Shown: in pieces, positions 1 through 14,003 of the stretch
Layout of the letters: each line of letters begins with the position of its first letter
How positions within the stretch are numbered: position 1 is the stretch's first letter
DNA from: Chrysomallon squamiferum
Lineage: Eukaryota > Animalia > Mollusca
Length of the DNA stretch: 64,000 nucleotides
Direction of reading: 5' to 3'
Assembly: GCA_012295275.1 (NCBI GenBank)
Contig: CM022670.1
Span: forward strand, 22,506,001-22,570,000
Position numbers and translations under genes: made by a program
Notes under the pieces: model-generated
Database searches by the model: none
What the model saw: only the letters and a program-made list of their open reading frames with translations
What the model was told of the DNA's origin: nothing

Positions 1-2154
1 ATGATCAATTTAGGAATAACTCTATAATCATTAGTAGATAACGGACGAATAGATATTTACTTGCATCAAATACTGGAGGTATAAAGGTATTATTTGTTGT
101 AGAGGTATTATTTATCTAAAGGCTGGCTTGATGCACGAGGAGAAAAGGAAAATAATGCCAGTATACTTTTCCCCGTTCCAGCTGGTTTGCTGTTTATGAG
201 AGAGAGAAAGTCAAATATTCTTGCCGCTAATTCGTGAAGTTATCTCATGTAGTGGCAGCAAAGCTTTTCCTTTTTCATATGATCATTTTGCAAGACACTT
301 TGAGATAGACAGCTGATTATTGTTAGTATTACAATGCAGATAAACAAGTATACTTGCCAATCGTTAACGTTAAAATATATTTTGATGTCTTTAAAGAAGG
401 ATTCATCTAATCACTCATGTGGGTTCTTTTATGCAAATTAAATTACAAGTCTGTGAATTTTAATTTCATAGAAACTGCGATCTTTGTGCACAAACGTAAA
501 CACTTATATGCTATTGAAAATTTAAATGCTCCTAAAAAAAAAAAAAAAATAGAAGGAAAAAAAAAATATGTTTACTTTAAAATGTTCTCCTTTTGTAAGA
601 AAACGTAAATTTTTATTATTTTATATTACCAACATCTTAAATGAAAATAAAGTTGTTTACTGTGCATTAGTTATATTGCGAAATGAATATTACGTTTCAA
701 AGAAAAACACGAAAATAAAACGCGTATATTAGAAGAAAAGTAATATTTTTAGAAATAATCTTCAAGACACTTGATGTTTCCTTTTAACTGGTTTGCTCGT
801 GACCGAAACAATTATAGAAGAAGACTTGTCTCTTGGTTTTATGTAATTTCACTGGGAATTTTGGCTGTTTGCCGAATGCAGTTGAAAAATGAGTTAGTTG
901 AGACCATGTCAGTGAAAACGTCAGCTCGTTGTGTAATAACTTTACTTTGCAACGAGAGTCTTGAAAAAAAGTTTACTTCATTGATCAGAGACAAATCTGT
1001 ATTCATTCGATTTCTTAAAGGACATTTTTTTTATAATCTTTCTTTCTTATTTTTCTTTTTCTTTTTAAAAAAATAAATGGATTATGACAGACAAAGACTG
1101 ATATATATTAATATTATATATACGCTTCAGAGCGAGTTTTTACTTCTTTTTTTTAAAATTACTTGGATATCATAATCGGTTTAAAACATAAACACGCAGG
1201 CACAAGCGCACACGTAAAACAACGCCAATAAATCTGAACACATGCAAAGAATTTTAATAGTATCTTGAGCTGTCAGTGCGGTTGTTGTAAGTGTTAAGAT
1301 AAACTGACGTTCTGTGATAGCCAGTTACGTTAGTTTAAAGTGAGATGCCTCGTTTTGTATCGTACAAACACCCTGATACACACATAATGTTTATTTTCCA
1401 GTTGCAGATTTTAATACTACTGTAATTGTTTTCTTTTAACTTTGCTCATAAATGGTAAAATTATTTGTCTTCCTTTATATATACATACAAACATACATAC
1501 ATATATATATTGTTTAACTTTTGACAAGAAAATTTTTTAATTTGTCAGTAAAGCATAATCCTTTTGTTAATGAAACAACAGGAAGAATAAAAAATTATAT
1601 TTTGAATAACGAAAGACAAAACATTTTACCAAAACAACACAGCGAGTGTGAGAGTACTTCCCTCATTTTTTTGATTTGTTCAACTGATTAGAAAGTGGTA
1701 ATGGCCTCAGTGCTTCGAAAATATTCTATATAACATCCTATTATAATCCACAAAGTAATCAAGATCACTTGAGAACCATTAATTTTGATTTTCTCCGAAG
1801 TTGTAAAACTGGTGTATATTTTAAATACGGACATCTTGAATTTACGGTTATATTAATTAATACATGCGAGTAAGTGCATCGCAGACAGAGCTTTTTAGAA
1901 ATGTGTCGTAAAATTTCTGTGGTTTTGTGTGATGGAAAGTAACATTTTAGTATCTCCATAGCAAAAGCTGTGCCCAATTCCACATTATGATGAGGCCATT
2001 TCCCCTGAGCAGAAGCATCTGACTGCGTCAAAGTGAAGAAAACATTCAACTGATACAATCTGCCAAGCTGAACACAGCGAGGTGAAGTTCTCCAGATCCT
2101 TCCACAACAGTATTAACTGCTCAGAAGAAACAGTCGGTTTTCGACGTAGCTAGA

Positions 2155-2508
2155 CATCATCTCCAAAACAGAAGATTCTTCACAAAGCGTTATTTAAGTT
2201 ATTTATCTTAAAGATTTATAGAATTTCTTTGTGATCAGATTATTAGATATTTTGAGAGCGTTTTTTTTTTATGTATCTCGTGGTGCATTTTGCGCATGCG
2301 GCTGTAATTAAAATTAAGCATAATTCAGAATCTTCACATCTTCTCCTGAATAGAAGATAGTCAACTGATCATTATGTAAGTTATTTATTTTTAAGATTTA
2401 TAGATTTTTCTTTGTAACCAGATTATTAGATATTTTAAGTGCTTTTATTTATCTAACGGTGCGTTTTGCACAAAAGGCTATAAATAAAATTATGTATAAT
2501 TCTGAATC
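2155..2508. repeat. Diverged tandem duplication, two ~180-bp units (2155-2336, 2337-2508)
   Basis: Shared collinear blocks: catc.tctcc...agaagat, taagttatttat..taagatttataga, cagattattagatatttt, ggtgc.ttttgc.ca, ataattc.gaatc. Confidence 0.85.
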
Positions 2509-2912
2509 CATTGAAATCAATGTTTTATCTAAGCATTCACAAACAGATATAGATCAACAGAATAAAAATAGTCTAAATGAGTTTGATTTTTTTTTAGTGA
2601 CATACAGTGTTTTACATAGGCCAGCCATGTTATTAATATTAACACAAGTTTTTGTCCAAGGAGTGTGCAAATATTTCCTATTATCTTTTCTTCGTTAACT
2701 TTGTTTCCTTTTGTTTATTTTTTTAATCTAAATTAATTATCTCAAATTCCTTTTCAGCCTTCACCACTTCTTGTACATGCATTAACCTCTTGTCATCAAA
2801 CACAATTTCCCTAGTGTCAACAAAAGTGTGTTGTGATAACCTCTTTTACTCATCAAACACAATTTCTCTAGTGTCTCTCTCAAAAAAGTCTCTCTTGCTC
2901 TCTAACAAAACC

Positions 2913-2915
<3 letters not shown>

Positions 2916-2989
<74 letters not shown>
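2916..2989. repeat. Compound (CT)n(GT)n microsatellite
   Basis: Direct observation; similar (CT)n tracts at 6024-6100, 33088-33170, 36221-36297 and 44406-44485. Confidence 0.97.
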
Positions 2990-3773
2990 CACGCGTGTAA
3001 AACAAAATATTTACTGGACAACAAGCAAAAAAAAAAAAAAAAAAAAGAGTTAAATTAAAACTCTGAAGCAGACGTCATTTATTGTTGAAATTCATATTCA
3101 CATATGCATTCAAGTAGACATTGTTTCCAATTCGATGCAAAAATGACCATGACTTGAACTTCTCTTATTCTCACCCATTGCTTCCTGTTCACAACGGCGA
3201 ACTAAGTCAGAGATTTATGAGTCGTCTTGGCCGGTGACGATTGATGGTGTCTTGGACGAATGGCTGCATTGCACACTAAATCACTTTAAGTACTTTGCTA
3301 TTATGGACTTGACTATTCAGATTATGCTTCGTTCTCTTCCGGGAATTGATCAAATCGATCGGTTACCAGTTTGTAATAGATCGCACTGACAATGAAGCAA
3401 ATTCTGATTTTGGGAGTAGTTTGTTTATTCGTAAACTGAGACCAAGAAGTTTAGTATCACTTTATCAATATTGTAGTTATTTTAAAATAAGTTATTATTT
3501 GTTTGAATATGTCAGCAGAGTTTGTTGGGGTTTGTTTTTTTTTTTTTTTTTCACATTCACTCCTATAATTCATCTTTCTTGTCTTTTATTGTCACTAATT
3601 TTTAAGACAATTTTTCATTTTATAAATTACCTTTATCCGTGCTGATATCTTTTGAAATTAATATAGTATATTTTTTTCTATAATTTTCTGGGGGAGGTTT
3701 TGAATACGTATTTGTGTCCATCAGCATGTGGTATTTCAACTTTGACTTCTCTTCTTTGTTTTCTTTTTTCGTT

Positions 3774-3814
<41 letters not shown>

Positions 3815-5912
3815 CCAAGAGACTATCATTTTCAACCTTTGCCTGGGTGTATCAAATTGTAAATTTGCGATTATATGTTTTGGCTTGGTGCCCAGTTTCA
3901 TACTTCTTTCATATTAGAGTAAAACGAGTTAACTCGGGGAAATGAACAGAATAAGATTTAACTACGTTGGTTAGCCTCACCGTTAATAACACGGACGAGT
4001 AGTCGTTAATTTTGGCAATACGTTGGCTCTAAAAACCTGCCCTGTGTCAGAAAGTGAACGTTCCCAGCTGACGAACTAATTACGTTATCCTGACCGCATC
4101 TAATATTCTGCGTATGACATGTGTCCGACCATCATTATTGCCTGTACTGCCTTGTTTCTGTTCTTATCCTTGGCAGCATTCACTGTTGCAATATGTGTGT
4201 CTCTTCGACTACAGCTAAGAGATATTGGGTCAAAAGAGAGTGACTGTCAAAGAGCTGGACAAGAGAGGTGTGTTACTGATACCTCAAAACAAAGCCAGAG
4301 AGAGAGCGTCACGAATTAATAGCAGCTGGACATTGTGTCTTCGTAGGAAATAGCTCCACGTCGTACAGATATTTAAAACGTTTGTCCAGTAATCTTCCAA
4401 TTTCAGGTTAATAATGACTGTTTGAATTAATACAGAATTTCAATACAAGACCATATCCTCTTCTGTTTCCGTACTGACCGGTTCTTACTTTGTTTCATTC
4501 TTCTTTTTTCTTTTTCTTTCTTTCTTTCTTTCTTTCTTTTTTTTTTTTTTAAGTCGATGTCTGGATGTTACTAGACAAATTAAATAAAAGAGTGTTATGG
4601 AGTTTTTTTTTTTTTTACAAATGAACACAATAGTCATTTTAGATGAATATAACATGGTTTAAATTCCTTTAATACATGTATTTTACTCTCACCTGTGATT
4701 GAAACAAAAACGTCTAAACAAATCTCTCTGCCTTACATATGTTAGACATTATCTTTCTCTACTGTGTTGTTTATAATTTTTTGGTATTGTTTTATTAACT
4801 TACTTGAAGGTTTTATTGCTACTGGTCCATCTAGAACAACAAACCTAAACTATTAAATTTTAAAATAAAGAAATATGGCAGTGTCATAATGGGGTCATGA
4901 AACATAATGCAAAGCTTACACACATTTATACAGACACTGTTAAGCGCTGAGTATGCGATTATTTTCACTTCGACCATAATCCACCGTAAAGCGAATTAGA
5001 CAGGTATGAAGGTGAATTTAATACGAATACTGGAATAGAATATATAATCTGTATAAACTCTGCTAAGGTGTACTGGCTGGCGAATATCGAAGGTTATTTG
5101 ATCAATAGAGACGTACTCAGACACCTGCACGCTGGTACACATAGGTGCATATAAAAGCATACAAAAGCAGTCACAAAGACGTATATTATAAACACATACA
5201 AAAATAATGAAGCACACACACACACACTGTTTCATCAACAATAGTAAATATTACAATTAAATCATGAAAACTAAATTTTTGCTTAGTATGAAAACTGAAA
5301 GGGTACTGATATATGATGTTGTTAATGATTTTTAATAGGAATCTGGATTTGTATTGTAGTATTTATTGTAATTCAGTCATTTGTAATTCAGACTGTGAAC
5401 TGTTAGTTGGCACAGGTGTTACTTTATGCAGGAAGAAACGTTTTTCAGCCAGCTCATGACAATTTGCCAATGCTGAGTATCAGACAGGATTTAAAACGAG
5501 GAAACGTTGCAGTAAATAACATCGTATGGGGTATTATCATAATAAACATCTGTAGCGGAAGGTTGTGCCTGAATGCACGTATTAAAATTTCATCTTTGCT
5601 TAAACGGATATTAAGCATGTCTTAGACGGACAGACAGACGATGTCTAAACAGACAGTATGATAGTTTACACAAGATGAATTAGAAAGGAAATAAATATAA
5701 TTATAGTATCTCACCTCAAGGTATATATTTATCTTGTTTTGATTCTTCTTGTGTTACACTTTTATCTTGTGAGATAAATGTGAGATCACTGATTCAAAAT
5801 GTTAATATCTGTTTTTCTTTTCTTCTTTGTTTTTCTTTTTTTGGTTATAATTTATTTGAGAACCAAGTTTTTATTATTCAACAGACTGAATTATTTTTAG
5901 CATTTATCTTCT

Positions 5913-5958
<46 letters not shown>

Positions 5959-6018
5959 TTCCTCTTCTTAACCCAACGTACACGTAATTTAGTCTTTACT
6001 GTCGACTCCATCTTGTTT

Positions 6019-6102
<84 letters not shown>

Positions 6103-8599
6103 AAACCAATAAGCATGCTTAAATGTATCTGTATGAATAAGTTTTGATAAAAGATACATTTAACAATTCTTTCTCAGTTAATATCAGTTATGAACTGAAA
6201 GTTTCTGTGTTGTCAGAATAGGTTATTTTCCTATTTATACCGGATATTACTACACTTATAAACGTAGGGATGGTTCTCAAACATCAAATGTATCAGCCTT
6301 ATTGTTTGACATTAATATCTGACTGCGTAGTCTCAGCAACAATCTTTCCATTATGGATCATTATCAAACTGACAACTGAGAATATTTGTAGCCCTTTTTA
6401 GAAAAAAGAAAGTGTTCGTAGCTTTACCTTTTTACCTTCGCCTTGTTATCAGTTACAGTTTAAACTAATGTCTTGGGAAACACCACAAAAATGCAGGAAT
6501 GTGAAAACCTTTAACAGATTCCTGGAAGAAGAAGAAGAAAAAAAAATGATGTATATAGGTGGTTAATAATAGAAGAGTAATTACCACTGTTTTGGCGTAA
6601 TCGACCTCTTTTTTCGTTTGTTACGGGAAATTTTAAATTATTGTTGTTATTATTTATTTATTTATTTATTTTATTCTTCGAGCTGGGAAGTCTGGTCTTT
6701 GCTGACCTCTAATCTGAAAGAGGTAAAACATTTCACGATTTTAAGTGTTTCTCGGAAATGAGAAATGAAGCATTCCTGTCACTGCAAAAAAATCGCAGAA
6801 TAAACAGAACTGGAAAGAGTTTGTCTGATGTAAATACACTCGGAATTAACTAGGTCAGGAGAACATCTGTACCTGTTAGATTCATACGTCTCACCTGGCG
6901 GTGAAAATGTGAATGAGCTACTTGTCTTTGAATACACGATCGCAGATGCTGCCACTCAGCTCTGTGCACGCGTTGCAGGCTATATCTGCGCATGTGCGGT
7001 AGGTTGGCACGCGACAGTCGTCCATATTGGTATTGACCCATGACGTAAAAGATTATCAATGGAAAGCAGACAGGAGAGGAAATCGTTTGTTGCGTTGTAA
7101 TGATAGGGGTGAAAATCGATATGTGTTTTCAGAGAAATAAAGCTGGTTAATTTGTGAGTGCTGGAGAACGACATTTTGTTTGACAGGTCACTTGACACGC
7201 TTACAGAAGATGTTAAATTGCGCAGTGGTCAACAACGGATAATTATGGCCTTTTTGCCAAGGGGGGAGAAAGTACGCAGATAGAAATACTAATGTGGCAG
7301 ACTCTATTCATCATCTGAAGAAAACCTGTTTCGTTCTTCTTCTTTTTTTTCTTTTTTTTTTATTCTTCATTCATTAAGGCCAGTAATTATATTTATCTGC
7401 TCATTAGGCTGTATACAATCTGTATGTATGATCACTAATATTTGGAGATAAATATAGAAATTAAATTTATATTTTAAGTCAGAGAGGAAATATTCTGGTA
7501 CAGGGGAAAACCTCTGAAAGAGAAATTGACATAAAGTAAGACACAAAATAAATATGTTATTACATTTAATCATACTTTGAGGAATTTCATTCTGAATAAC
7601 TATCACAAAAAGGTCCGTTTGCTTGATCGATTTTTATTTGCGTCTTACTTTATGTTATTCGTAATTCGTCTTTATGAGTAAATTCTTGCGTTTGAAGAAT
7701 TAACATTGATTTGTAAAAAACATAGACTTAGCTCGACTTTTTGTTTTTATCCTTTAAAGATAATATAAAAAAACATAATTTCATTAAGTTAACCTTAAAA
7801 AGATGGCATCATTGAAATTTGGGTCGCAGCATTTTTTCAGTTATTTATGAAAAGTATCTGTTTTGAATAAACAACTCTAATACTGAATTTTTTGTCAACA
7901 ATTGTCTACAGTATTACTAGCTTAGAGAATAGATCATGTTTTGTGGATTACATATCTCCCACTGACATCAGAACAATTATTAACGTGTGTGTTTCTGTAA
8001 TGTTGAGCCACGCGCAAGTGAGATCAGAAACACATTACTGCTAACTTGGTGATGGAGTTGGGTAGTAAAAATTCAGACACTGGTTGTTACTGACTGTCTT
8101 TAGTACTTTCTACAATCACACTGGATAACAATGTATAATAATGAATATTTATGAAAGTCTATATGATTAAGAAAGTATTGCAGTTATATGTATGGAAACT
8201 GACATTAATACCCACAATAAGAAGAACACGAACAATAAGAAGAATTAAATAAATAAATAAATAAATAAAAAGCAATAACCACTTCAACAATGACATAATA
8301 ATAACAGTAGTAGTAGTAATAGTGGTAGTAGTTGTAATAGTAACAGTTGTATAGTAAATTCATTTTGAAATATTAAATAAGAAGCATTGTAATATCTTTG
8401 ATATGAAAATGTGATCTGTGCAGACAATAAATAGCTAGACAGGAAAGGAATTAACAAAGAACAATAGACTTTGTGTCAGCTGTCTCCAAAATTTCACACC
8501 ATCTGAAATCATACACTGGAGCAATTAGCGATTCTGTTCGAAAACGAAAACTCGGCTCTTCCCTTTTCTCATATTGACAGTGTTGCTTCTCTTTACTCG

Positions 8600-9038
8600 T
8601 TCCGATAAATCGATATCCCTTTAAATTCCCGCAATGCACGGCTGCAGAACGAGGCTGTAACGAAACTGACGTCTGCGAACGAGTTCTATCTCTCCTTAAC
8701 AACAAACATCTTTGCCAGGAAGTGTACGTACGCGAAAATAGCCGTCTGCGTGTGTACGCTGTTCTATCCTGTCTGTGTGTTGTTTTCGTTGTTTCTTCGC
8801 CGAATACATCGACTTGGTGGAGTTGTTTCGGGTGTGCCGGAGATCAGCATGTTGTCATTTTCGTACGCGTGTGTCGTTCTAGTCTGACTGCGGTCTTTTC
8901 TTCTTCTTCTTCTTCTTCTTCAGTTTTTTTTTTTTTTTTTTTTTTTTTCTTCATAAACAACAGTGATGTGGATACATTTCAAGACAAACTGCGATCAACA
9001 TGTTTAAGATGCTTTTACCGTCCTAATCAGGAACGGCT
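8600..9038 (+). promoter_or_regulatory. Putative distal promoter/5' UTR of the CaaX gene
   Basis: CpG-dense patch immediately upstream of the first coding exon. Contains a 5-codon uORF (MLLPS*, 9009-9026) in the main frame. Confidence 0.45.
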
Positions 9039-9064
9039 ATGAAAAATATGAACACTCGTAAAAG
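9039..9064 (+). CDS. CaaX gene: distal first coding exon (MKNMNTRK + AG of split codon)
   Basis: ATG at 9039 (second ATG 9048) with an in-frame upstream stop at 9024-9026. Donor AAAG|GTGAGA at 9065, phase 2. Splices in frame to 12264 giving RKRVSF. Preceded by a CpG-rich region (~8600-8900). Confidence 0.7.
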
Positions 9065-9111
9065 GTGAGAAGGCTATTTTGTTTTACAGTGTTTCTATCA
9101 ATATGTTGTTG

Positions 9112-9153
<42 letters not shown>

Positions 9154-9486
9154 GTTCTCTTTTTTATTTTTATTTTTTTTCCTGAATAACAGTACTTACG
9201 TCTTCTCAAAGAGTAATAATTCAATGAAAAAGCAATATATTAACCTTCAGTTATAAAAATATTATGTTTATTCGTTTAGTTTAAATAATTAATCATTTAA
9301 AAATAAAAATAAAAATGTAATAAATTACAACAGATGTATGCAGTGCTAATGTAACTTCGTTTCATTTCCTATTTCTCCCCGATAATAAAATAAAATTAAA
9401 AAAAAAAGGTTATCTGTAATCGGACAAATACATTCCAATAATATCTATTGTGATCATTAATATTATTATTATTAATATTATTATTA

Positions 9487-9539
<53 letters not shown>

Positions 9540-10859
9540 AAACTAACAGTGAATAATACTACAGGCTATAGATTTTCGGATTATATTTTCTTAAGTTAAT
9601 ATTTGCATTTAATGTCACTGCGACCTCTTCTCGGGAATTCTTTTAAAATCTATTCTTAACCTTTGAGTTTAACCTCTAATCATTTCTTCAATATTCATTA
9701 CATTATTGTACGTGTGTTTTTAATTCTATATTCACGCTTGCGTTCTGTTATTTCGTTCTTTCTTTCTTTCTTTTTGTTGTTTGTTATTTATTTGTTAAAT
9801 CGAATGTTCTAATACATTTATTTTAATTCTTCGAAAAGAACTAAATATATTTACTGCCAGTCATTTAATAGATGATATATATATATATATATAAAAAAAA
9901 AAAAAAACACCAGTCTCTCACGGACAAAACTACCACGTTACCTTGAATAATCGCAGATCTAGACCTAGCCAGACAAAATACATGAAAATCCCAAAGGACG
10001 CTGCCGGACTATTACAGGCTGCTTTCTTAAAACAATGTACTCGCGAAATCGAATGCCGCGTATTGTGCATAATCTCGAGTTTTCTGAAGGAAAGAGAAAA
10101 CGCTGCCTGATGAGAGAGAATTCTTTGTAAACAGTGGCAGTATGGTGATATTTCGTTAGCTCTCTGGAATGCAGAGAGTAAGAACGTATCTGTTAGGAGG
10201 TGTTGTTACACCGCGCGGAAAGTTACCCACGCACGATGTCTGTCCGGCCAAACGTTCCGTATCATCCGTTAATGTGATTGCCGTCTCGCAGAGATCGGAC
10301 ATCAGCTGGGCGGACGCATAATTATCCTAATGGCTTCGAAATTTATGCTATTACCCCATAAAATGACTGTACGGAGGAGAGCGAGGACACTTGCTAGAAG
10401 TAATGCGGTGAAACTGAGAGTCTTAACTGTCATTATGATCGTAGCCTAAGGATATCGTGCCAAATCATTTATAAAATGTAAAATATATAAATTGTTAGAA
10501 AAAAAAAATTAAATAGTTTTTTGTAGTATCGTTTCTGAAATAAAATAATAATATTATTATTGTTTGATAAATCTAAAAAAAACTCAGACCAAAATAAATA
10601 TATCTGAACAGAAGAGATAATTTAAAAAGTCGTCAGTGATATCTTAAGATGATAGTCATGTGTATTCTCTCTGTCCGTTTCAGTATATTTTTCTTCCATG
10701 GGTTTACTTATTAATTGTAGATGCATTGATTTTTTTCTACGGTTGCTTCGTAATACCCTTTCGACTCGCTGATAAAAATTATGTTTTGCACATAGATAAA
10801 TGTCGAAAAGATAACAGTGGGTTTATGTGGGGTTTTTTTTCTGGCTTTATACTATGCAG

Positions 10860-10895
10860 TAATGATTATCCGAGTTATCCGGCTTACAAGAGGAT
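10860..10895 (+). CDS. CaaX gene: 36-nt symmetric cassette exon (S-NDYPSYPAYKR-I)
   Basis: Acceptor ttttctggctttatactatgcAG, donor AT|GTAAGT. Length is a multiple of 3, phase 2-2, no stop in the frame of the flanking exons. Confidence 0.6.
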
Positions 10896-10984
10896 GTAAG
10901 TCCCCAGCGCGAGTCACTGAGGTCAGATATAAGCTCATTTCTTTCTGACAGTAGTCAACCAGAGCAAACAAAACCATTAACAAT

Positions 10985-11105
10985 TTTTAATCCCTTCAAA
11001 AGTGTTAGTTTACTAATTAACATCTTTAAGTATTATATTAACTGTTCAACCTCTTCAAAGTGTTATACCTACAATTTAACCTGACTAAATGTTATGTTTA
11101 CAGTT
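10985..11105. repeat. Degenerate ~30-bp tandem repeat (ttaacctcttcaaagtgttat-like)
   Basis: About four diverged copies visible by eye. Confidence 0.5.
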
Positions 11106-12263
11106 TAAAAGTATAATGCATATAAAAACCTCTTGTAAAAAAGTAGCAAGTTATTCTTCAAATACAGTTTCGCCGAGACTGTACCTGTGCTAGAACGGAG
11201 AGTGTTTGCCCGTTAATAGAAGCATTTCTTTGTATACATTTATCAGTGCTTAATGCCGTTTGGTGAAACTGAGATGTTAATACGACGATAATACGACCCT
11301 ATCGATTATGTCGAAGCAAACGTCTGCGTTGGAGTTTATTCAATGTCAACTTCACTGAATGGTTGCTACGTCGTCAGCTGAATACTTGGACGAACAGACA
11401 GCGTCAGTCGGCCACTCCTGATGTGGACAAATGCATTAATTTTATCTGATGAGAGAGCTCGGCTGAACTAATTGACCCCAAGAGTACAGCGGGTTTCCTA
11501 GTCGCCCGTGTGATTAGACAGATGTCTTTCTTAGCTGGTTTCTTTCAAATTACTTCCCAACCAGTCACCAACATATCATTAGCATTTCTTTCTGATTATG
11601 CGAATTGTTTGTCATTTTCAAACTGTTCACGTGAATATCCTCACAAAAGTTAAGTTTTGTAAAGGTAATTAAAAGCTATTTTGGTCGCGGAGACTGTCAA
11701 ATTATTTCGTCTCATTAAGTTACCCCGTCTCTTCAGCTGTCATGATATATGGATGCAGCTTAATTACTCCTTAATTAAAAAAAACCCTGTTTGTTACGCG
11801 ATTATTATTTAAAACAATAGACCTGTATAATAATAATAATAATAATAATATAAATACGGAAATAAACAAGTTAAGAGAAAACCTTCAGCCATATAATAAT
11901 TGACTAAAAAAAAAGAAAGAAGAAAAGATGATGATAATGATGATGAAGATAATAAATGTTAGGGTAACAGCCACTTTTAAACGTAGATTTTCTTTTGGCA
12001 TATTTCAATAAAACAGTAATAAGTGATAATACAATACATCTTAACCGGCGATCCATTTTCCTTTTTCGTAATCCTTTTGTTTGTTGTTTTGGTGGATTTG
12101 GGCTTTGTAGTGTCACCATTATTATTATTATTTTCTTGTTGCTTTTTTTTTTGTTTGTATTTTGTGTGGTTGTTTTTTTCTAAGTAACCCAAGTATGCGC
12201 TGCACTGCACTATTAATATGTTCTTCCACTGATGTTCATACTTACTGTTGTATACATTGTTAG

Positions 12264-12383
12264 AGTGTCGTTCGGGAGCAAGGGGTCGATGGTCGAGACT
12301 TGGATTATCGACGACTTCCCTGACGTGACACCATCATCAGAGACGCATCTTATCGACACTCTGAAAGACGCCAAAACGACACG
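12264..12383 (+). CDS. CaaX gene: 120-nt internal exon (VSFGSKGSMVETWIIDDFPDVTPSSETHLIDTLKDAKTT-R)
   Basis: Acceptor tatacattgttAG, donor CG|GTGAAT. GC-rich coding-like island in an AT-rich intron, phase 2-2, open frame. Confidence 0.75.
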
Positions 12384-12513
12384 GTGAATACTTTTTTTTT
12401 TCTAATATTTAGATAGTCTTGCAATAAATATTTTCTTAAAATTACTTTATTCACCGTATCATTTATTGTACATAGGTATTCTTCATATATGTTCTGTATA
12501 AGTATTACAGGCT

Positions 12514-12545
<32 letters not shown>

Positions 12546-13009
12546 GGCTTTTGAATTTCGTTGCTTTCGTCTTTTTTTTTATATGTACGTCTGTGTGTAT
12601 ATGTGTACGTTTTGCTATCAAAGACAAATTTTCTTATTTTCCGAATGTGTGAGTGTGTCTTTGTATATGTATGTGCGTGTGAGTCTGTATTATTATGTGT
12701 AAGTACTTAGAACTGACATGATTATTTACACTAAAAATAACACGACTAACGAACATGTTTCTTCGAATATGTCTGAAAACTGCAGTAGCTGTTCTGTCGA
12801 GGTCACATGTAAAGGATTGTTGGAACATTCATTCAGTGATATCTTTGCCACTTCGTATGTTATCTGAGTATTGTGAGGTGTTTACTGATACATATATTAT
12901 GATCCTAGCAGACTGAAGTAAAATCTGCATATACGAAAGATAATACTGATTATTTAGTGGATAATTTTATTCCGATTACTGTTAAATTGATTTAGGACTA
13001 CTTCGTAGA

Positions 13010-13041
<32 letters not shown>

Positions 13042-13968
13042 AAACTAAAAACATTGTATATTTTATGTTGAAGACCAAAATAGTATCAATATTACACCAT
13101 TTTCGAATGAAACTAATTATGCTGTTGCTATTGGGAGGTTTTTCGATGGAGTACACAGGTGTTTTGGGGATTGTTACATTATGCTTAGTAATAATTACAC
13201 TGTTAATGCCGGAGAGCGATATTATTTTATGACAAACGGAGTAAGGAAACACACATGCATTGTAAACACATAGGATATTAACTGGTGTCATCTGTTATTC
13301 TTACAAATACTTGATGTGAGTGGATAGATAATCTTACTTTGTCTATTCATTATGCTGTGTAATTAATTTTGTAATCATTTTGTGTTTGTTTTTTTCAATT
13401 TGAAAACCTGACAATTGTTAGGTTCTTAGATCGGAACCGTATATCGACTCAGAGATCAAACATGCAATCTAACGACGTCTTACGTTCAGCACTGACCTGT
13501 TTCGTAGCAGTTTTCTACTTTAAACACTCCAACCCAGTCCATTCCAAGCTATTCCAGCCATAAGCCAAGCTGTTCATTAATTTGCCTACACACAAATGTT
13601 TTCACAGCACTCTGAGGAATATTTATAATCTTTGATCTCGCGTGCAATACGATCTAATATTCCAATCAGGAAGTTTTAATAAATAATGCAGACATTTAAC
13701 GAAGAAAAATAGTTACATGGACAAGACTTTTATTATTTATTTATTTTTATTGTATATACACATAATTTACATACATAGGACCTATATTTTAGTTATCGTC
13801 TGCATTTTGTTATTATTAGTAGTAGTGGATGTTGCGGTGATGATAGTAGTAGTAGTGGTGGTAGTGACGGTGGCAGCGGCAGAAGTAGTAGTGGCAATAG
13901 TAGCCATAGTATTAGAGATAGCAGTGATAGTAGTGGTAGTACTGGTAATAATACAGAGATACTTCTCG

Positions 13969-14003
<35 letters not shown>

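Noticed and set aside
1-8500. CpG-richer patches and short ORFs (e.g. 4119-4319, 6850-7198) upstream of the CaaX gene
   Set aside because: No consistent exon chain or recognisable protein; they may be enhancers, but that cannot be supported from sequence alone.
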